The notes beneath the pieces were generated by a model, which was not told the origin of the DNA, did not search any database, and was given only the letters and a program-made list of their open reading frames with translations. Made by a program: the position numbers and the translations under genes. Below, piece by piece: positions 11,401 through 25,350 of a DNA stretch of 64,000 nucleotides. Positions within the stretch are counted from its first letter, which is position 1. Each line of letters starts with the position of its first letter. This DNA is from the human T2T-CHM13v2.0 reference genome, Homo sapiens. Location: the NCBI RefSeq assembly GCF_009914755.1, contig NC_060926.1; one strand, given 5' to 3'.

Positions 11401-14400
11401 AGAACAGAGAGATGTCAGATGTCCAAGCTTCTGTGTCCACTCCCTGAGAGTCCACTAGGGGAAGCCAGTCATCATGGTAGCCTCATGTTCATCTTCATGT
11501 CTGAGGTTCAGCCCCAGAGCAATTTCCCTGTGGCCATCTGGCCGGGAGACATGTTTCATTTCTCTCCCAGAGGAACAGGCACTTCATTTCCCTCCCAGAA
11601 TAGATCCACATCCAGAAGAATGTAATGGAGACAGGCAAGAACACAGAAGATTGCATAGGTTTAGGAAAGAAGAAGGCAACAAGGTTCTGTTGGGTTGCAT
11701 CTGAGGAATCTTAGGTACCTAAAAAAATAGGTCTGGAATTAAAATAAGATGTTAGTGTTGAAGGTATAGAAATGTGAGTTAAAATGATGGCATGAAGCTT
11801 ATCTAGGGAGATCACGCAGCTCCAGATGATTGTGGACTGAATGTCTTGTAGGGTTTTGGGTAGGATGAAATGTGAGTGGAATTTGGCCATAATCAGCCCT
11901 TAGAGTTGGCTTGAGCCCTGCCCTGGCCAGCTGTGTGTCCTTGGGTATGCCAACGTGCTTTCCTTTTCTGCATAACGGTGAGATTGTCCACAAGATATTT
12001 AAGGTTCTTCTAGCTTAGACACTGTAGAATTTACATTTTAAGGTTTTCGGGATTCAATTCAAATTCCAATCCAGAAGCAGATATCAGGGCCGATCTGGAC
12101 CACCTCAGGAGAATAGCAGGGTCAGTGTCCAGAGGGGCTGGTCATGATGGGAGGGTCTTGAGGAAGGGAGACAGAAGAGAAGGATAAATGTGACTTGAGG
12201 TGGGAAAGAAAAACTTGGACTGTCCTCAGTCCCTTCAGTCAAGCATTGCAGAAGCTGTGTCTGCCTGCCAATTGCCTGCCAGTCAGACTGAGAATGTCCC
12301 CACAGGACCTCACAGGGGTTGCCTGGTCCATGTTCCACAAAGCAGGAACAACTGCTGGTTAATTATGCAGACACAAGGTGAGGAGTGCAGCTGTCTCTGG
12401 AGTTAACTCTCAAGGAGCTGCAACTTTAACAGTTAGCTCCCAGCCAAATGTGGGGGACAGGCTTTTCATGGTCCTAGGAGAAATAGGTCTACTGGGCTTG
12501 TCCAACCCAAAGCCGGTTGCCTCTATCGCCCCCAGGGTTGCTTGGCCTTGCCTCCACCATGCCTGACACTGGCGCTCTGCTGGGAGGAAAAAGCTTGCTC
12601 TGTTGCTGGCTGTGTGGAACAGAGAGGGAAGTGGCAGACAGTCTGGGCCCAGCACTTGGGTATCGTGCTCTAGCCATGCGACTCATCTCTCCAGTTCAGA
12701 CCTGCCCCTGGAAAAAAGAGCCCAGACCTCATCATGAATGCTTTCCTAGGAGAAAATGAACAGCTGGACAATGCTCCTGGTCAGTAGGCCTGAAGGATGC
12801 TGGGATGCAGCCCTCAAGATGGAACAGCCAGGATGCCAAGTATCCCTCTTGCCCAGATCCTAAGGCACTTTTTCTACTGATCCATATTGGCCTCAGGAGA
12901 TGTCTCAACACAGCACCCCAGCCAATGGAGCTGCCACATAAGATGAACTCTTGATCATCTCTAAACTAGAGAGTTAAACTCAACACTAGCAAACGACTTT
13001 GGGTTTATGCATATGTCATGTTTTCTCTGGCAACTGCACAGAATCATCTCTAAATATCACATCTATGGTTGGCAGGAGTGGCATGTATAATACAAAATGT
13101 CTGGTGGCCCTACTGTCACAAAACCTGTATAAAAGTAAATTCACAAATGGCTTTTTAGAACTGATGACAAAAAGTTACTCGTTATCACTTTTCTAATTAA
13201 TTTCCTAAAAGGGCAATTTGAAATCATACTGGGATTCTCACAATTTTGGTTGACAGTCAAGTAAATTGCAGCTACTTATCAAGCACTTTTGAATGAATAC
13301 ATGAAGAATGAATAAAATGAAAGCTCTCCTGTTGCCCTCAGCATCACCAGTGTTCTGTATTTCTTCCTGTAACCTTTCCATTGGTTTAAAAACCTTTCTC
13401 AAGTGAAAGCAATCTCTTTAAAAACTGCAACATACTGCTGATGAGTTTTTGCTGTGGAAACATTCTCTATGCCTGCAAACCAAATCACCCTCTCTCTTTT
13501 CCTGGGAAGCACATCTTTCTCAGAGCAGAGCTTTGCAAAAAGGGGAAACCAAAGCTTCCACGAGGTGATAGTTACAGCTGCTCTCTCTTCCTGTTGCCCC
13601 AGGTGCCAAGGTGCAGAGGGGCAAGGCGGCAAGGCCTAGCCTGGGCAGAACTTGTCTGTCGTTAACTTTGCAAACTGACTTTCTGAACAACTGTGGTTTA
13701 TTTCACTTTGATGTATATCTACTCAACTACTCTCTAGTACGTTTTCCTTCCTAACTGTGTTTGCTGTGACTTATGGTAAGATCTGAGTGTAGTTCCTGAG
13801 ATGCTCTATAGGGTCAACAATGGGGTGTGTTGTGATGCTTGATATAAATGCATAACCAGGCAGCACGTGGCATGGTGCACACTCAGACCTGCCTGTGAAG
13901 GCTTGGCATTTAGGTAAGCAGCATTCATACATCCTCCTGAAAAGAGCCACCAGTGTGGGCTTATTGTTGTCCAAGTGTACCAGGGACTCTAGGTGACCTT
14001 TGGTTTGCTAGTAATCCTGTCCCTTCCTTTTCTGCTTCCTGCTTGGGTTGCAAAGCCATCACTCCCCACCACCCCTGCCCCTGGCCCCCAACAGAGAGAA
14101 GGGTGGAGCTAGCAAGTTGGTGTAATGAATTCATGCTGAAGTCTGAGATTGAGGAGTAGGGTGGAGGAGGAGAAACACTTTCTGAAGAAGCCACCAGGCA
14201 TCACAGAATTCTACGTGCCTGAGATGGAAGGAGCACTAAGGGGCATCCAGTCCAACTTCCTCATTTCAATAAAGACAAAACAAGAGCCAGAAGGGGGAGG
14301 TGGCTTATAAAGTTCACAGAGCTCATTTTTGAGAAAACTAGGACTGTGCAGTTTGGGTCTTCTGACATCCAATCTCCTGCATGTCCATGTCCCATGCTGC

Positions 14401-15024
14401 TCCAGGGTGGACTGTGAACATTAGTCAGACGGTCCCCTGAGAGCATCAGTAGTCTGTGAAACCTGAGTCTCAAGGCTGAGAAGCTGGTGGAAGTAGCCTT
14501 GGGTTTCTGGATAAACACACTTTTATCCCCGCCTTTTCTAGGCTCTGCATTCCCATTGAACGGGAAGATTTTATGCATTTCAAGATAGTTTAAAAATATT
14601 TATCATGTCATTTAATTCTAAAACCAATTTTGGAGCAGGACTATTATTTCCATTTTATAGATAAGAAAACTGAAGCCCATCCAGAGATGGTGAGTAGCTT
14701 ATTTAAAGTCATAGTAGAGCTGAGAGTTTTAAGTGGCTTGTAAGAACCCCATGGCTGGGTTCTTGGGCTTCTCTTGCTGGCTGTCCAGCTGGGCTCTGCT
14801 GCACTTGTTAGTTACATGAGACAGTCTGCATAGATGGTTAGGGACAGCTTCGCAGTAGGAGAAGGGACTAAGTGCTATAATCTGTTTTAAACTATGAGAA
14901 CTTATCTCATTTGGATGTTTACTGGTCTGAAGTATGCATCCTACTACTTCCAGGGAATTTTAGAGTTTGAGTCATTGAATTCCTAACGAGAGATTTCATC
15001 TTGTGCACTGAAAATGACAGTCTT

Positions 15025-15545
15025 GTTGTCATACAACCTTGGGTCTGAGCCCAGCTCTATCACTTAAAAGCTGCATGACCTAGGGAAAGCTACTTAATTT
15101 CTCTGAGCCTCTGTTTCTTCATATGGAAATAAGTGTGCAGGAAGTTTATTGTGGAGTGTTTCTGGTAGCAGAATCTGCTGGGGAAGAGAAGGAAGTAGAG
15201 TAGGAAAGAGGAAGAAGCTGAGCAGCAATGTAGGTTATGCAGAGCCCTGAAGCTGGATGGTTCTGCAGAGTGGTACTGACTTGGGGTGAGGGGGACCAGG
15301 CCTTTAGAGCCCCATAATGACCATCATTGGATGTGGGGCTTGACCTTGGGTGAGTTGGCTCTCTTTATAAAGGGTAGTTCAGAGAGGTCCAAGAGCTGGG
15401 AAATGAGTCCTTTAATCTTGATGGGGGATCAGGGTGAAGCAGGACAGCATCCACCTAGTATTTGCAGTGCTGTTTCAGGATTAAGTGAAATGATTGGAAT
15501 GCACATACAGCACAGAGACTAAGGCAGAGAACGTGCCTAGTTGAC
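15025..15545 (+). mobile_element. MIR split by an LTR33-like insertion
   Basis: MIR core at 15035-15130 ('gctgcatgacctagggaaagctacttaatttctctgagcctctgtttcttcat') resumes at about 15465 ('tgctgtttcaggattaagtgaaatga'). Confidence 0.65.
15135..15457 (-). mobile_element. LTR33-like ERVL LTR
   Basis: 'gtgcaggaagtttattgtggagtg...gagccctgaagctggatgg...tcattggatgtgggg...gaccttgggtgag'. Confidence 0.7.
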
Positions 15546-18500
15546 AGTAGGGCATGTTCCTACTGTCAGTGTGGCCTCCTCCCCATTCTTCATGCCACTT
15601 CTTGTTCTCTGGTAAGGAACCTCTGCTTGATCTTTCAGATAAATCTAGAGGGGCCACAATCCACAGACCTCACGGAGAGCTCAGAGGACCAAAGGGAAGA
15701 AAACCCCACCAGAGAATTTGCCTCTGTTCAACAACCTAGCCTGACCATCTTGCTGCAAGGGCATGGAATTGTGTGTTTATGCCGGGGGTGGTGAGAGGGG
15801 TTTGGGTGTCTCTGCTAAATCACTAACGAGCTTTTTCAGACAGAAAGCATGTCTAATATTCCATTCTCATTTCCCAGACAGTGCTTTGGCTTAGTGTTGC
15901 AGGTCACAATGGATATTTGTTAACCTGATTTAAACCTAACCATATGGAAGAGATTATTTTGTGTCTGTGAGGCTGACACAGTAGTAGTCATAGTTCCCTC
16001 GTGCCAGGTGGCCTGTACACAATTTTCTGTAATCCTGAGAATCCTTCATGGTAACTGCCGCTCCTGTCTACCTTTTACAGATTAGAAACCTGTGGCTCAG
16101 AGCAGCCAGGTCACAAGGCCAAGCTGATTCCGCTGATAAGTGGCAAAGCTGGAACCCCCTCCCAGGAGTCTGACTTGTGCCATTCCTATGCCCCAATGCC
16201 TTGCTCTGTGTCCTGTAGTTCTCTCTTTTCAGGAAAAAGAAGGTAGACCTGGGTGTCCTGTGTTAGAAGAAAAAGCAGAATTATGAAATTCATATGGCTT
16301 GCTGGCCTACAAAGGAACTATAGGGGATAGTGACCCAGCCTGTTCATCTTAAGGGTGGTGGTGGGAGATTGGCAGCAGAGGAGAAGCCTCAGCCTGGAAG
16401 GAGAGGAGCTGAAATGAATTTGTGAAGAAGCTTATGGATCTTCCTCCCCTGAGACCACTACAAATAGGACACAGCAGCCATCAGTGGCAATAATCAGTGG
16501 TTCGCTGCTCATCAGAAACCAAGGTGGGCTGATAAAATATCAGCTAGGGTCAGCCCAGCTGTCCCACTTCAGGAAGACCTGCTTTGGGAGAACACGAGCT
16601 TGCAGGCCAGGACAGGTGGGGTGGCTCCTTATTTAGTCGTCTTAAATTAGCTCCCTATTTAGTTGTCTTAAATTTCTTTACTTTTCTTAGAGACCTTTTA
16701 ACAAGTGCATTTCCCTGGTGCATTGAAAATTGGACTTGGTCCATGTGTAATATATAACATTGCAAAGCCCCACCTACTGCCTAAGGTGTGTGTGCTCACA
16801 TGCTCTGCAAGTGATTGCTCCATTTCTGGCACTTTGGTGTCCCTGTTGCCTTGAAATCCATGACATGTCTGAACAGGTGTGCATTGTGGAGCCCTAATCT
16901 TCCCCAAGGACCCTACCCTGAGTCTTGGACCTGGGGATGCCTGCTCTTACTGCTCCTCTTTTCAGGCCCATTGCTCTGCTCCCTCTCCCCTTACCCCTCT
17001 GATTGGATCTCGGTTGCTTTTCTCTAGGGCTCACCTTGGTTTCTGTATGCATCTCACACTTGCAATTTGGGTTTTGTCTACTGTGTATAAAGTGACTCCT
17101 TGGATCAGGAACCCAGACACACTCATGTCAGCTCCTAGGACTGAGAATGGACAGGGGATGCAGGGGCTTAGAGGAAAGAGGGCTGCCAGAGATATTCAGA
17201 CCTCAGCTTCCTGACCCAATCTCTGTCATTTAGCTTGAATCCTCTCATCTGCAAGTTGTTTGGCAGTGTTTGCAAAGGGTGTGGCACACACTTGGAGATG
17301 CTCCATGAAAGATGGCTGCTGTTGTTGCTGCTGCTGTGATGTTTATGATCTTATGACTGCAGGCCCCCTTGACGGCTGGATGGTGAGAGAGGAAAAGCAC
17401 AGCTGTACCAGAAAGACAGGCAGAAAGAGGTCCCAGGCACAGCAGATCCCTTCAGGGTGGTGGAAATGGAGTTCTGCAAAGTATTGCTGCTATTGCTGCT
17501 GCAGACTTTGCATGAATTTCATTTACCCTGGATCCTGGGGCCCATGCTGCTGAGAGCTTGTTCCAGGTCAAATGTCTGGGAGTTCCATCTAGATCCTAAA
17601 GCAAAGACCTGGCATTCTCAGGCCATTGCCAGCATTTTTTAAAATTTGGGTGGTCTTATCTCCAATGGAAAGATCTTTCTCCATGATTACCAGATTGCTT
17701 GCAACTCTCAGAAGCAAGGATAAAAATTACAAAGGACCTCAGGAGTCCAGAACTTTTGCATAGAAACAATAATATAAATTGTCCTTAGATTTCCCTAATC
17801 AGCCACTCACAGTATAGCTAAGAACCTGCACATCTGTGCATTCAATGAGATGAACAAGCATATAATATTGTTGCTGTGTGAGTAATTAAACAACGCATCT
17901 GAAAATTGAATATACTAGTTTTTGCATGTACCCTGAATGCTGACCTCTTGAAGAAAGGGAATCAGTTAAGGGATGTTGAAGGGGTAGACTTTTGAAGGGA
18001 CTCTGGAGAAGGATGTGGCATGTTCAAGGACTTTTTAGGTTGGTGGCACCATTTCTTTATGACATCTAATTCCACCTTCCTTCTCATTGATTCAGACAGA
18101 TCACTTGAGAACTGCTCTTGCATTTATCAGTCATTATTAGGCTCACAAATAGAATGGATAGAGGGAAAAGATGGTGAGAGAGAAAGAGAGAGGAATAATG
18201 AGAGGGGAAGGGTAAAGTGAGAGGGAAGGAAGAAAATGCACAGATTTCCTTAAAGATACTAACCAGTAGCTGATTTGTTAAATAAAATGGTTTAGGGTTT
18301 TCTGATGATTCTGAAATAGAGAGGCAAAGAGAGAAGAAGGACAAGATGTTCATTTGGGGAAAAAAGGAAGCAGTGGAGAATAAGCATGGAGGCAGATGGT
18401 TACCTGTGCCTGCCATTAAGGGTGCTATTCACTCAGGACACCCTGGGTCAGTAGATCAGTGGTGGGCGGTGGGCAGCTGACAGCTGGCAGAAGGAATGAG

Positions 18501-18649
18501 ACACTTGTAAGATCAGGTGTTTATGATTCGAGATGGTATGTTCCTGAAGGTCAGGGTCATGTAATGGGGGAGGGTGCAGCAAGGGTGGGAGTCAGCTATT
18601 CTTTTCTTATGGTGATGATGATTCAGATGGATGTCATCCTGTTTCATAT

Positions 18650-18880
18650 CAACTGATTGATTAATGTTGTCCCTTCACCCATGATACAAGAATTGAGCTC
18701 CCACTATGGTGTGGTTCCTGGGGTATGGTGGTGAGTATAAACAGACACAGTGTCTCTTCTCGGAAACCTGTAGTCCACTGGTGGAGATAAACATGAATGA
18801 AATCATCACACAAATGCACAGAAATCTGCATCAGTGATAAATGCCACGAAATGCGAACAATGATGGAAGGATTTGACTTG
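18650..18880 (-). mobile_element. L2 3' fragment
   Basis: 'attgagctcccactatgg...ctggggtatggtggtgagtataaacagacacagtgtct...aaatcatcacacaaat'. Confidence 0.6.
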
Positions 18881-19752
18881 ATCCTTTCTACACTGAGGCT
18901 TCTCGAAAAAGCTGATGCTTGCACTGAGACATGAAGGGTGACAGGAGCTGTGTGGGCTAAAAAGGGAGAACAGTGAGCCAGGCAGAATGAGCAACAGGCT
19001 CAGAGGCTACATGGTGGGAGGTAGCCTGGTGAGGAAGTGGCTCTCCAAGAAGGGAGCAAAGCATGGGAAGGGCGGGGCTTCAAGGGTAGGTCTCCTTCAG
19101 AAGGTACAGATGGGGAAACCGAGGCTCAGAGAGGTGAAGCAATTTAAGCAATAACCCACAACTCAAAAGAACCAGAGCTGGATTCAGTCCTCATAGCTTG
19201 GGAAGCCTGTGACTCCTAGTTAAGGTTTCTCGCATATTACGGACTTTGTTCGGTGTGAGTGCTCGGGAAAGACCATGGTATTATCCTTCATTAAAACATT
19301 AACAATATTATGTATTGTTAATCAAGCATTGAGAATAGGCATATAACACCATATTATGTCTTACACAAATAGGAGTGTTAATTAAATATGTACATAATAA
19401 CCAGTCATGTCCTCTTTTAACTTGCTAACATATGTTTCTGGTTAGTGATATCACAACAGCAAGAATGACTACTGACTGCTATACCAAGTTGAAAAGAAAC
19501 TTCCAGTAGCATGGGCAGGTGATCACAGTGTGGCTGCCTGCAATGCTTTCTAGGGTTGTATACCTGCAAATCATCATCACTTTACACAATAGATGCATTC
19601 TAGAAAACTCATGTCTAAGTTCAGGTTACCTACAGGTAATCTGAAGAATCCTTTCCTCTGGAACAAAGTATGTTGCATTTATACATTTGTATAACACGTT
19701 TTCTCAAAGCAGAGCCTCCTTATAATATGTTGACAAGTTATTTACTTATCTA

Positions 19753-19880
19753 TTTTTTTTTTTTGAGATGGGGGTCTCACAATGTTGCCTAGGCTAGTTT
19801 CAAACTCCTGAACTCAAGCAATCCTCCCACCTTAGACTCCGAAGTAGCTAGGACTACAGGTGCACTCCACCACTGCTGAC
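19753..19880 (-). mobile_element. FLAM (free left Alu monomer)
   Basis: polyT plus 'gagatgggggtctcacaatgttgcctaggctag...aactcctgaactcaagcaatcctcccacc...gtagctaggactacagg'; single monomer. Confidence 0.88.
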
Positions 19881-20365
19881 TTCAACTCACATTTGAGGGC
19901 TGACTTTTGGAACATTATGGCAATTGTTTTGCAGTCTTCATAAGTGAGAAGCTGGTAGGTGTATAGATTGTAAGTTTACATGTATACTTTGGTATTTTTT
20001 AACCTGGTAGTTAATATACAGCGTCTACAGCTCTAACTAGAGTGACTTTGGCTTTCTATACTGGCCTGGAAACCTTCTTGGCACAGATGATACAGAATGA
20101 TGGAAGCTGGGTGGCTGACCTTCAAGGATTCCGCCTGTCCAGCCACATGCAGCATCTGTAATGGACTTCTTTCTCTCTGGCAGGATGTGCCTTGTGCTAA
20201 AAGCCACTTCTCACTGCAGGCTCATATGTCCTGCATTGGTTTATCAGGTTTTTTGCTCTCACCTGCACTGTGTCTGGCTCCTTTTACCTCCCTGACTCCC
20301 AAACTCATCGTTTGTCTCCTCTTAGCTTTTGCCTATGGTCTCTGTCTTTCTGCTCAAATGCAAAT

Positions 20366-20584
20366 CATCTGCTGGCATGTCCTTAATGCTTCTCCCTTCA
20401 CTTCTTCCTTCCACTCTCCCTCCCATCTTCCTTCCGGCCCTTCTTCCTCTCTTCCTCTCCTCTATTCTTCTTTACCTCCTCTTTTCTTTCTCCCTTTGTC
20501 TCTTTCCCTTCCTTCTTTCTTCCCCTCCTCAAACACTTATTGAGCACCTAATCTGTAGGTTTTATGGATTAGGACAAGGTCAGG
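20366..20584 (+). repeat. Composite duplicated segment (20366-20550 = 23059-23243; 20556-20584 = 22373-22401)
   Basis: Ungapped alignments: 185 bp with about 15 mismatches and 29 bp with 2 mismatches. Confidence 0.93.
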
Positions 20585-20734
20585 TCAGCTTTCAACCCCC
20601 ACTTTGCTCTTGTCAACATTTTGTTGCTCCTCTTGGACAAGGTGAAGTTACTAATAATTCACATTGTGACTATCTAATTCTTCTCTGAGGGGTGCTAGGT
20701 AGACCTGGCCCAGGGGCTGAATGGGGTACGGGTC

Positions 20735-20960
20735 TAGATGTTAGAAAAAGAGCTTTGGATGCAAGCAGACCTGGGTTTCAATCCTGGCTCCCCTAATTAC
20801 CGGTGTATGACCTCGGCAAGTTATCTAAACTCTCTGAGCCTCAGATTCCTTTAGTATAAAATTTTGGTGAGAAAAATTCCAATCTCCTAGAATTGTTGGA
20901 AGCATTTACTGAGAAAAAGCACAACAATCATCTGGCACATAGTAGGTGGTACACTTGATA
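20735..20960 (+). mobile_element. MIR (MIRb-like)
   Basis: 'gcagacctgggtttcaatcctggctcc...tatgacctcggcaagttatctaaactctctgagcctcag...tctggcacatagtagg'. Confidence 0.85.
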
Positions 20961-23058
20961 ACTCTTATTATGAATAGCGTGGCATAAAAATAGAAAGATC
21001 TTGAGAGTGAGCCTAAAAGATCAGCAGAATTCTATCAAATCCAAGGGGAAAGTGGAGAATCAGGAACAAGAGATGATCCCCAAATCTGAGATGAGACAAA
21101 TAATGAGCAGATTAAACTTGAGAAAGGATGGGAGGCTCCAGCCCTGATTCACTGACCACAGGTTGCCTGGGTTCCAATGTGGTTATGATGGAGGTGCTTT
21201 AAGGGGAGAAGAACATAGTTCTGGATTTCATTTATACCAGTCCTTACCCCAAGAAGCCCCCACAGTCTGATTGACCTGTGTTCTTCCAACCCCAAGCTTG
21301 TTTTATGTGCCACTCAGTTTCTCCATCAGTTGTTTTCATTTCAACCAGAATAAGTTTGAGTCTATGTCACTTTGACTAATATGACACTGGGGTTACTAGT
21401 CAGCAATTTCGTTTCTAAGGCTGAACTTCCACTTGGCTTACCAGTAGTGTTGATCTCAGCAGGTCTCAGGTTTCATGCTATAAAATTGTGATGTTTTATT
21501 GACCAATTAACATAGGTTAATGATGATTGTTTTTATGAAAGTTGGTGGGTCACCCTCTGGACAGTGGGCTGAACAATGTCATCTCAGTCTTAATCATAGA
21601 TCATAAAATGTTAGCTCTGGAAGGGTCTCAGAAGCCACGTAGTCCAACCCTCTCGGTTAACAGAGGAGAAAACTGAGGCCTGGAGAGGCTAAACCCTGGA
21701 TTCAAATGGCCAGCAGGATTGGGAGAGACATGGAAACACCCAGAAGAACAGGCATTTCTCTTAAATAATTCCATCAAGAAGCTCTGATCTCTTTCCATAA
21801 CCACAAAACTTAGGCCTTCCAAATGCTAGGTGCAAAGATGATGCTGTGATGGAATTTGTAAGGCCACCTTGAGGAAGTGGATATTTTAAAGGCTAGATGA
21901 CCTCTAAAATTTTGATCAACTTTGACATTCATTGTAGGGCATTATGTGTATGAACTACAGGACACTATACTATAATACTTTACTTGTTCATTTAAATTGT
22001 TTCTCCTGGAAAAAAACTCCTTAAAGAAAGAAACTGTGTGACCCATCTTTGTTTCTCCTGTAGCCTTGCATATAGCATGTTCTTGATAAAGGATCCTCTG
22101 ACTGAGTGAATGGCTGGAGATTTTTTGGAAGCCTGTGATGAAGAGTAACCAGGTCATTGACACAGAGGGCAGAGTGACTTTCAGACCAGAGGAGACTCTC
22201 ATGTGGTTAGCGACACTTAAGGAAAGATCAGATGTATGTGGAGAGGGAGAAGGATTTGTATTGAATAGAAATAACGAGAGCTGCAGTCTAAGATTTTTTC
22301 TAGAAAAAAAAAAAAACTTTCCAAATCCCATTTAGAAAAACTGCGACATGGTACCGCCTTGAGCGGGAAAAATAGGTTTTACAGATTAGGACAAGGTCAG
22401 GCAAACAAACAGCCCAAAGCCATGCCATCAGCTCGAAGCAGCTCTGCCCCAGCCCACTGCTCTTCCTGGGCCTGGCTCACCCCTGCACGTGGGACAAATC
22501 CTTACCCTGCTACAAAGAAACCAGCATGGGAATCCAAAGTCCACTATGTCTCAGAAAAAGGAAGAGAAATGTGAGAATACATTTCCATTTGGTTCACACT
22601 TCAGTAGACTGCATTTTTCCTGCCCCATATGCAAGGCGCAAAGCCCCTGGACCTCCCAGCCATCACCATGTGTCTGCCATCTGGCGGTTGTGTTCTCACC
22701 TGGAAGCTCCAGTTGCACCTGGGCCAGAGGACCCTGGCTGCTGGCACTTCCCCTCTGCCTGGCAACCTCCTGCTCTGAAAGGGGGTAGTGGTGCTGATGG
22801 ATTTTTTTAATTTTACTGGATCCTGCTCAAGGTTGGTGATCTGAGCCATCTTAATCATCCTAATGAGTTTGCAGCTGTTACTTCTCATTGGAAACATATT
22901 CAGTGCTATCCATAAAGTGTTGGTTTCCACACAGGGTGCTTAGGAGACAGGGGCTCTATCCCCAGGATGATAATAGAAAATTAAATCTGTTCCCAGGGCC
23001 CCTTGTTGGCACTGAAAGAGCACGGAGAAGAGCCCCTGCATTTATAGGGGAATGCTTC

Positions 23059-23243
23059 CACCTGCGGGCATTTCCTTAATGCTCCTCCCTTCACTTCTTC
23101 CTTCCATTCTCCCTCCCATCTTCCTTCCAGCCTTTCTTCCTCTCTTCCTCCCCTCTACTCTCCTCTATCTCCTCTTTTCTTTCTTCCTTTCTCTCTTTCC
23201 CTTCCTTCTTTCTTCCCCTCCTCAAACATTTATTGAGCACCTA
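23059..23243 (+). repeat. Probable donor copy of the 185-bp duplication (CT-rich tract running into an L2 end)
   Basis: Matches 20366-20550; here the L2-type 'aaacatttattgagcacctacttagtatgaggca' continues past the breakpoint. Confidence 0.9.
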
Positions 23244-24744
23244 CTTAGTATGAGGCATGACATTCAGGGGATGTTGTGGAGGGAGGGGATACAAAAGTTG
23301 ATAGAATCTGGCCTCTTTTCAGGAAGAATTCACCAAATTGATTCATAAATAGAGAAAGCAAAGTTGTGCACAAATTTAACTGTCCCAAACTCCCATAGAG
23401 AATCCACTAAGTGTCACAAAATGAGTCCGGGGAAACTGGGGTGTTTCCTCAGAAGCTCAAGTGCAGTTGGGGGATCAGAGAAGCTGTCCTGACGGGCATA
23501 GCATTTGAGCTGGTCCTTAAGGATGGGTGCATCCCTGGATTCTCCACATCCAGAAATGGATTTTTCCTTCCCTAATGTCCACAGCACTTCATCTCTTCCT
23601 CCAATGACATCTGCGTGGCTTTGGCGGCTCTGTGGGTGCCTTTCCTCTCCTCCCGAAGGCAGCCCTGGCTGCCCCCTCCTGCTATGGCCTCTGGGCCTTG
23701 ATACACTGAGACTCACACATAACTGAGATCCCTACCTCTAGGGGTTTCAAATGCAATACAATATGGCTGGCATGGACTTTTATATTCAGGAAACACGGAT
23801 AAGATAGTATACATTTTGAAAATGGACTTTAAAATGTCAGCCATATATATTATATATATTATATCAACAGAGAGAGAGAGGTGCAGTTTTTAAAAGGAGA
23901 TAAAAATACCTCATGCATATAGCTTCCAAAGAGGAATGGTGCCCTTTGGGAGGATCTGGGAAGCAGCCTTGAATCAGTCAGCCAATCTGGGAGGGCTTCA
24001 TGGAGGAAGGTGGGCTTCAGGGACTGACAGGGCAGCTTGAGCTGCAACGTTAGGATGGGAGTCTAACTGGGCATGTGGCACCCACTAGACTGGGGTTCTC
24101 TGAGGGCAAAGACTGTGCCTCAGACTCTCCTCTTCCCCCAGTAGTCAGTCTGAGGCCTGGTACATGCATGAACAAGCTCTGAAGGAATCATATGGGAGAA
24201 AGCTTCCTGGCAGAGCAAGACAGTCAAGGAAGTAGAGTGACAGTAATCGGAAGGGGCTGGAAAGATGTGCTGGAATAGAGCATGGGCAGAGGGAGGCCAG
24301 GCCACGAAGCCACCCTGGCAAAGGGCTTTGAGAAAAGGCATTCACGAAGGCAGCCAGTCTTGGGCTTTAAGGAATTCGATTCCCTGTCGGGGCTTTGTGT
24401 GGGGACAATCCAAATGATTGGCCTCATGAGCCTAGAAGCGGCTCTGCCCATGTAGCACCCCTGTGACTTTGGGCAGGTCCCCTCCCCTCATCTGCATTCC
24501 CTCCTCCTCATGTGGTCTGGCTCCCTGGGAACCCATGGTGGTGATAAGGTCAGAACACAGTGCGGTGGGTGACTTGGGGGCCAGAAAAGGAGGCTGTGGT
24601 CATCACTGAAGGAGGACAAAACAAGGACATGCACCAAGGAACTGACACTGGGGCCATCGAGAGAGAGGTGACAAGCTATGAAGTCTGACAACTGATTCAT
24701 TTTTCAAGAGTCGAGACTAAAATAAGAGGAGATAACAATAGAAG

Positions 24745-24960
24745 CCATTTATTGAGTATTTAATATGTCCCTAGTGCTACATATACATTATCTACTTGAT
24801 AAGACAGGAATGCTACATATACATTATCTACCTGATAAGACAGGTATTATTATTATCCCACTTTATAGATGGGGAAACTGAGGCTTAGAGAGGTAAAATG
24901 ATTGTTCAAAGTTAACACTGTTAGTAAGTGGAAGAGCTAAAAATTGGAGACTTGATTTTT
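24745..24960 (-). mobile_element. MIR with an internal 36-bp-period tandem duplication (24775-24844)
   Basis: 'ccatttattgag...attattatcccactttatagatggggaaactgaggcttagagaggtaaa'; unit 'tgctacatatacattatctacYtgataagacagg' occurs twice. Confidence 0.88.
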
Positions 24961-25189
24961 TACTCTTGCTAGAGCTCTTAGTCATTGCTTTATTCTGTCT
25001 CCTGTAAGTAGATTCACTCGTGAGGCTTTATTTGGATTTTATATGGTGACATATCATGGTTCTTCATGAAGCGAAGGTGGACAGGCACCTGCAGTGCTCA
25101 GGGTACATTGTGCGGGGAGAGCAAGAACCTTGGGAAGGAGACCTGGGGATCTGCCATCAGAAGAAAGTGAAAAATAGGAGGCTTTCTCA

Positions 25190-25350
25190 TTTGTAAAGCA
25201 CTTTCACAGCTTTTGCCTTAATCCATTCTCATGACAGCCTTGGGAGTTAGGCATGGATTTTTTTAAAAATCCCCATTTTCCAGTTGAGAAACTGAGTCCT
25301 GGAGAGGTGAAAGAATTGCCCAGAGTCATCTAACTGGTACATGGCAGGAG
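25190..25350 (-). mobile_element. MIR
   Basis: 'ccccattttccagttgagaaactgagtcctggagaggtgaaagaattgcccagagtca'. Confidence 0.8.

Noticed and set aside
16210-16250. 10-nt microexon (ttttcag|GAAAAAGAAG|gtagac)
   Set aside because: Weak donor, not frame-preserving, no supporting gene context
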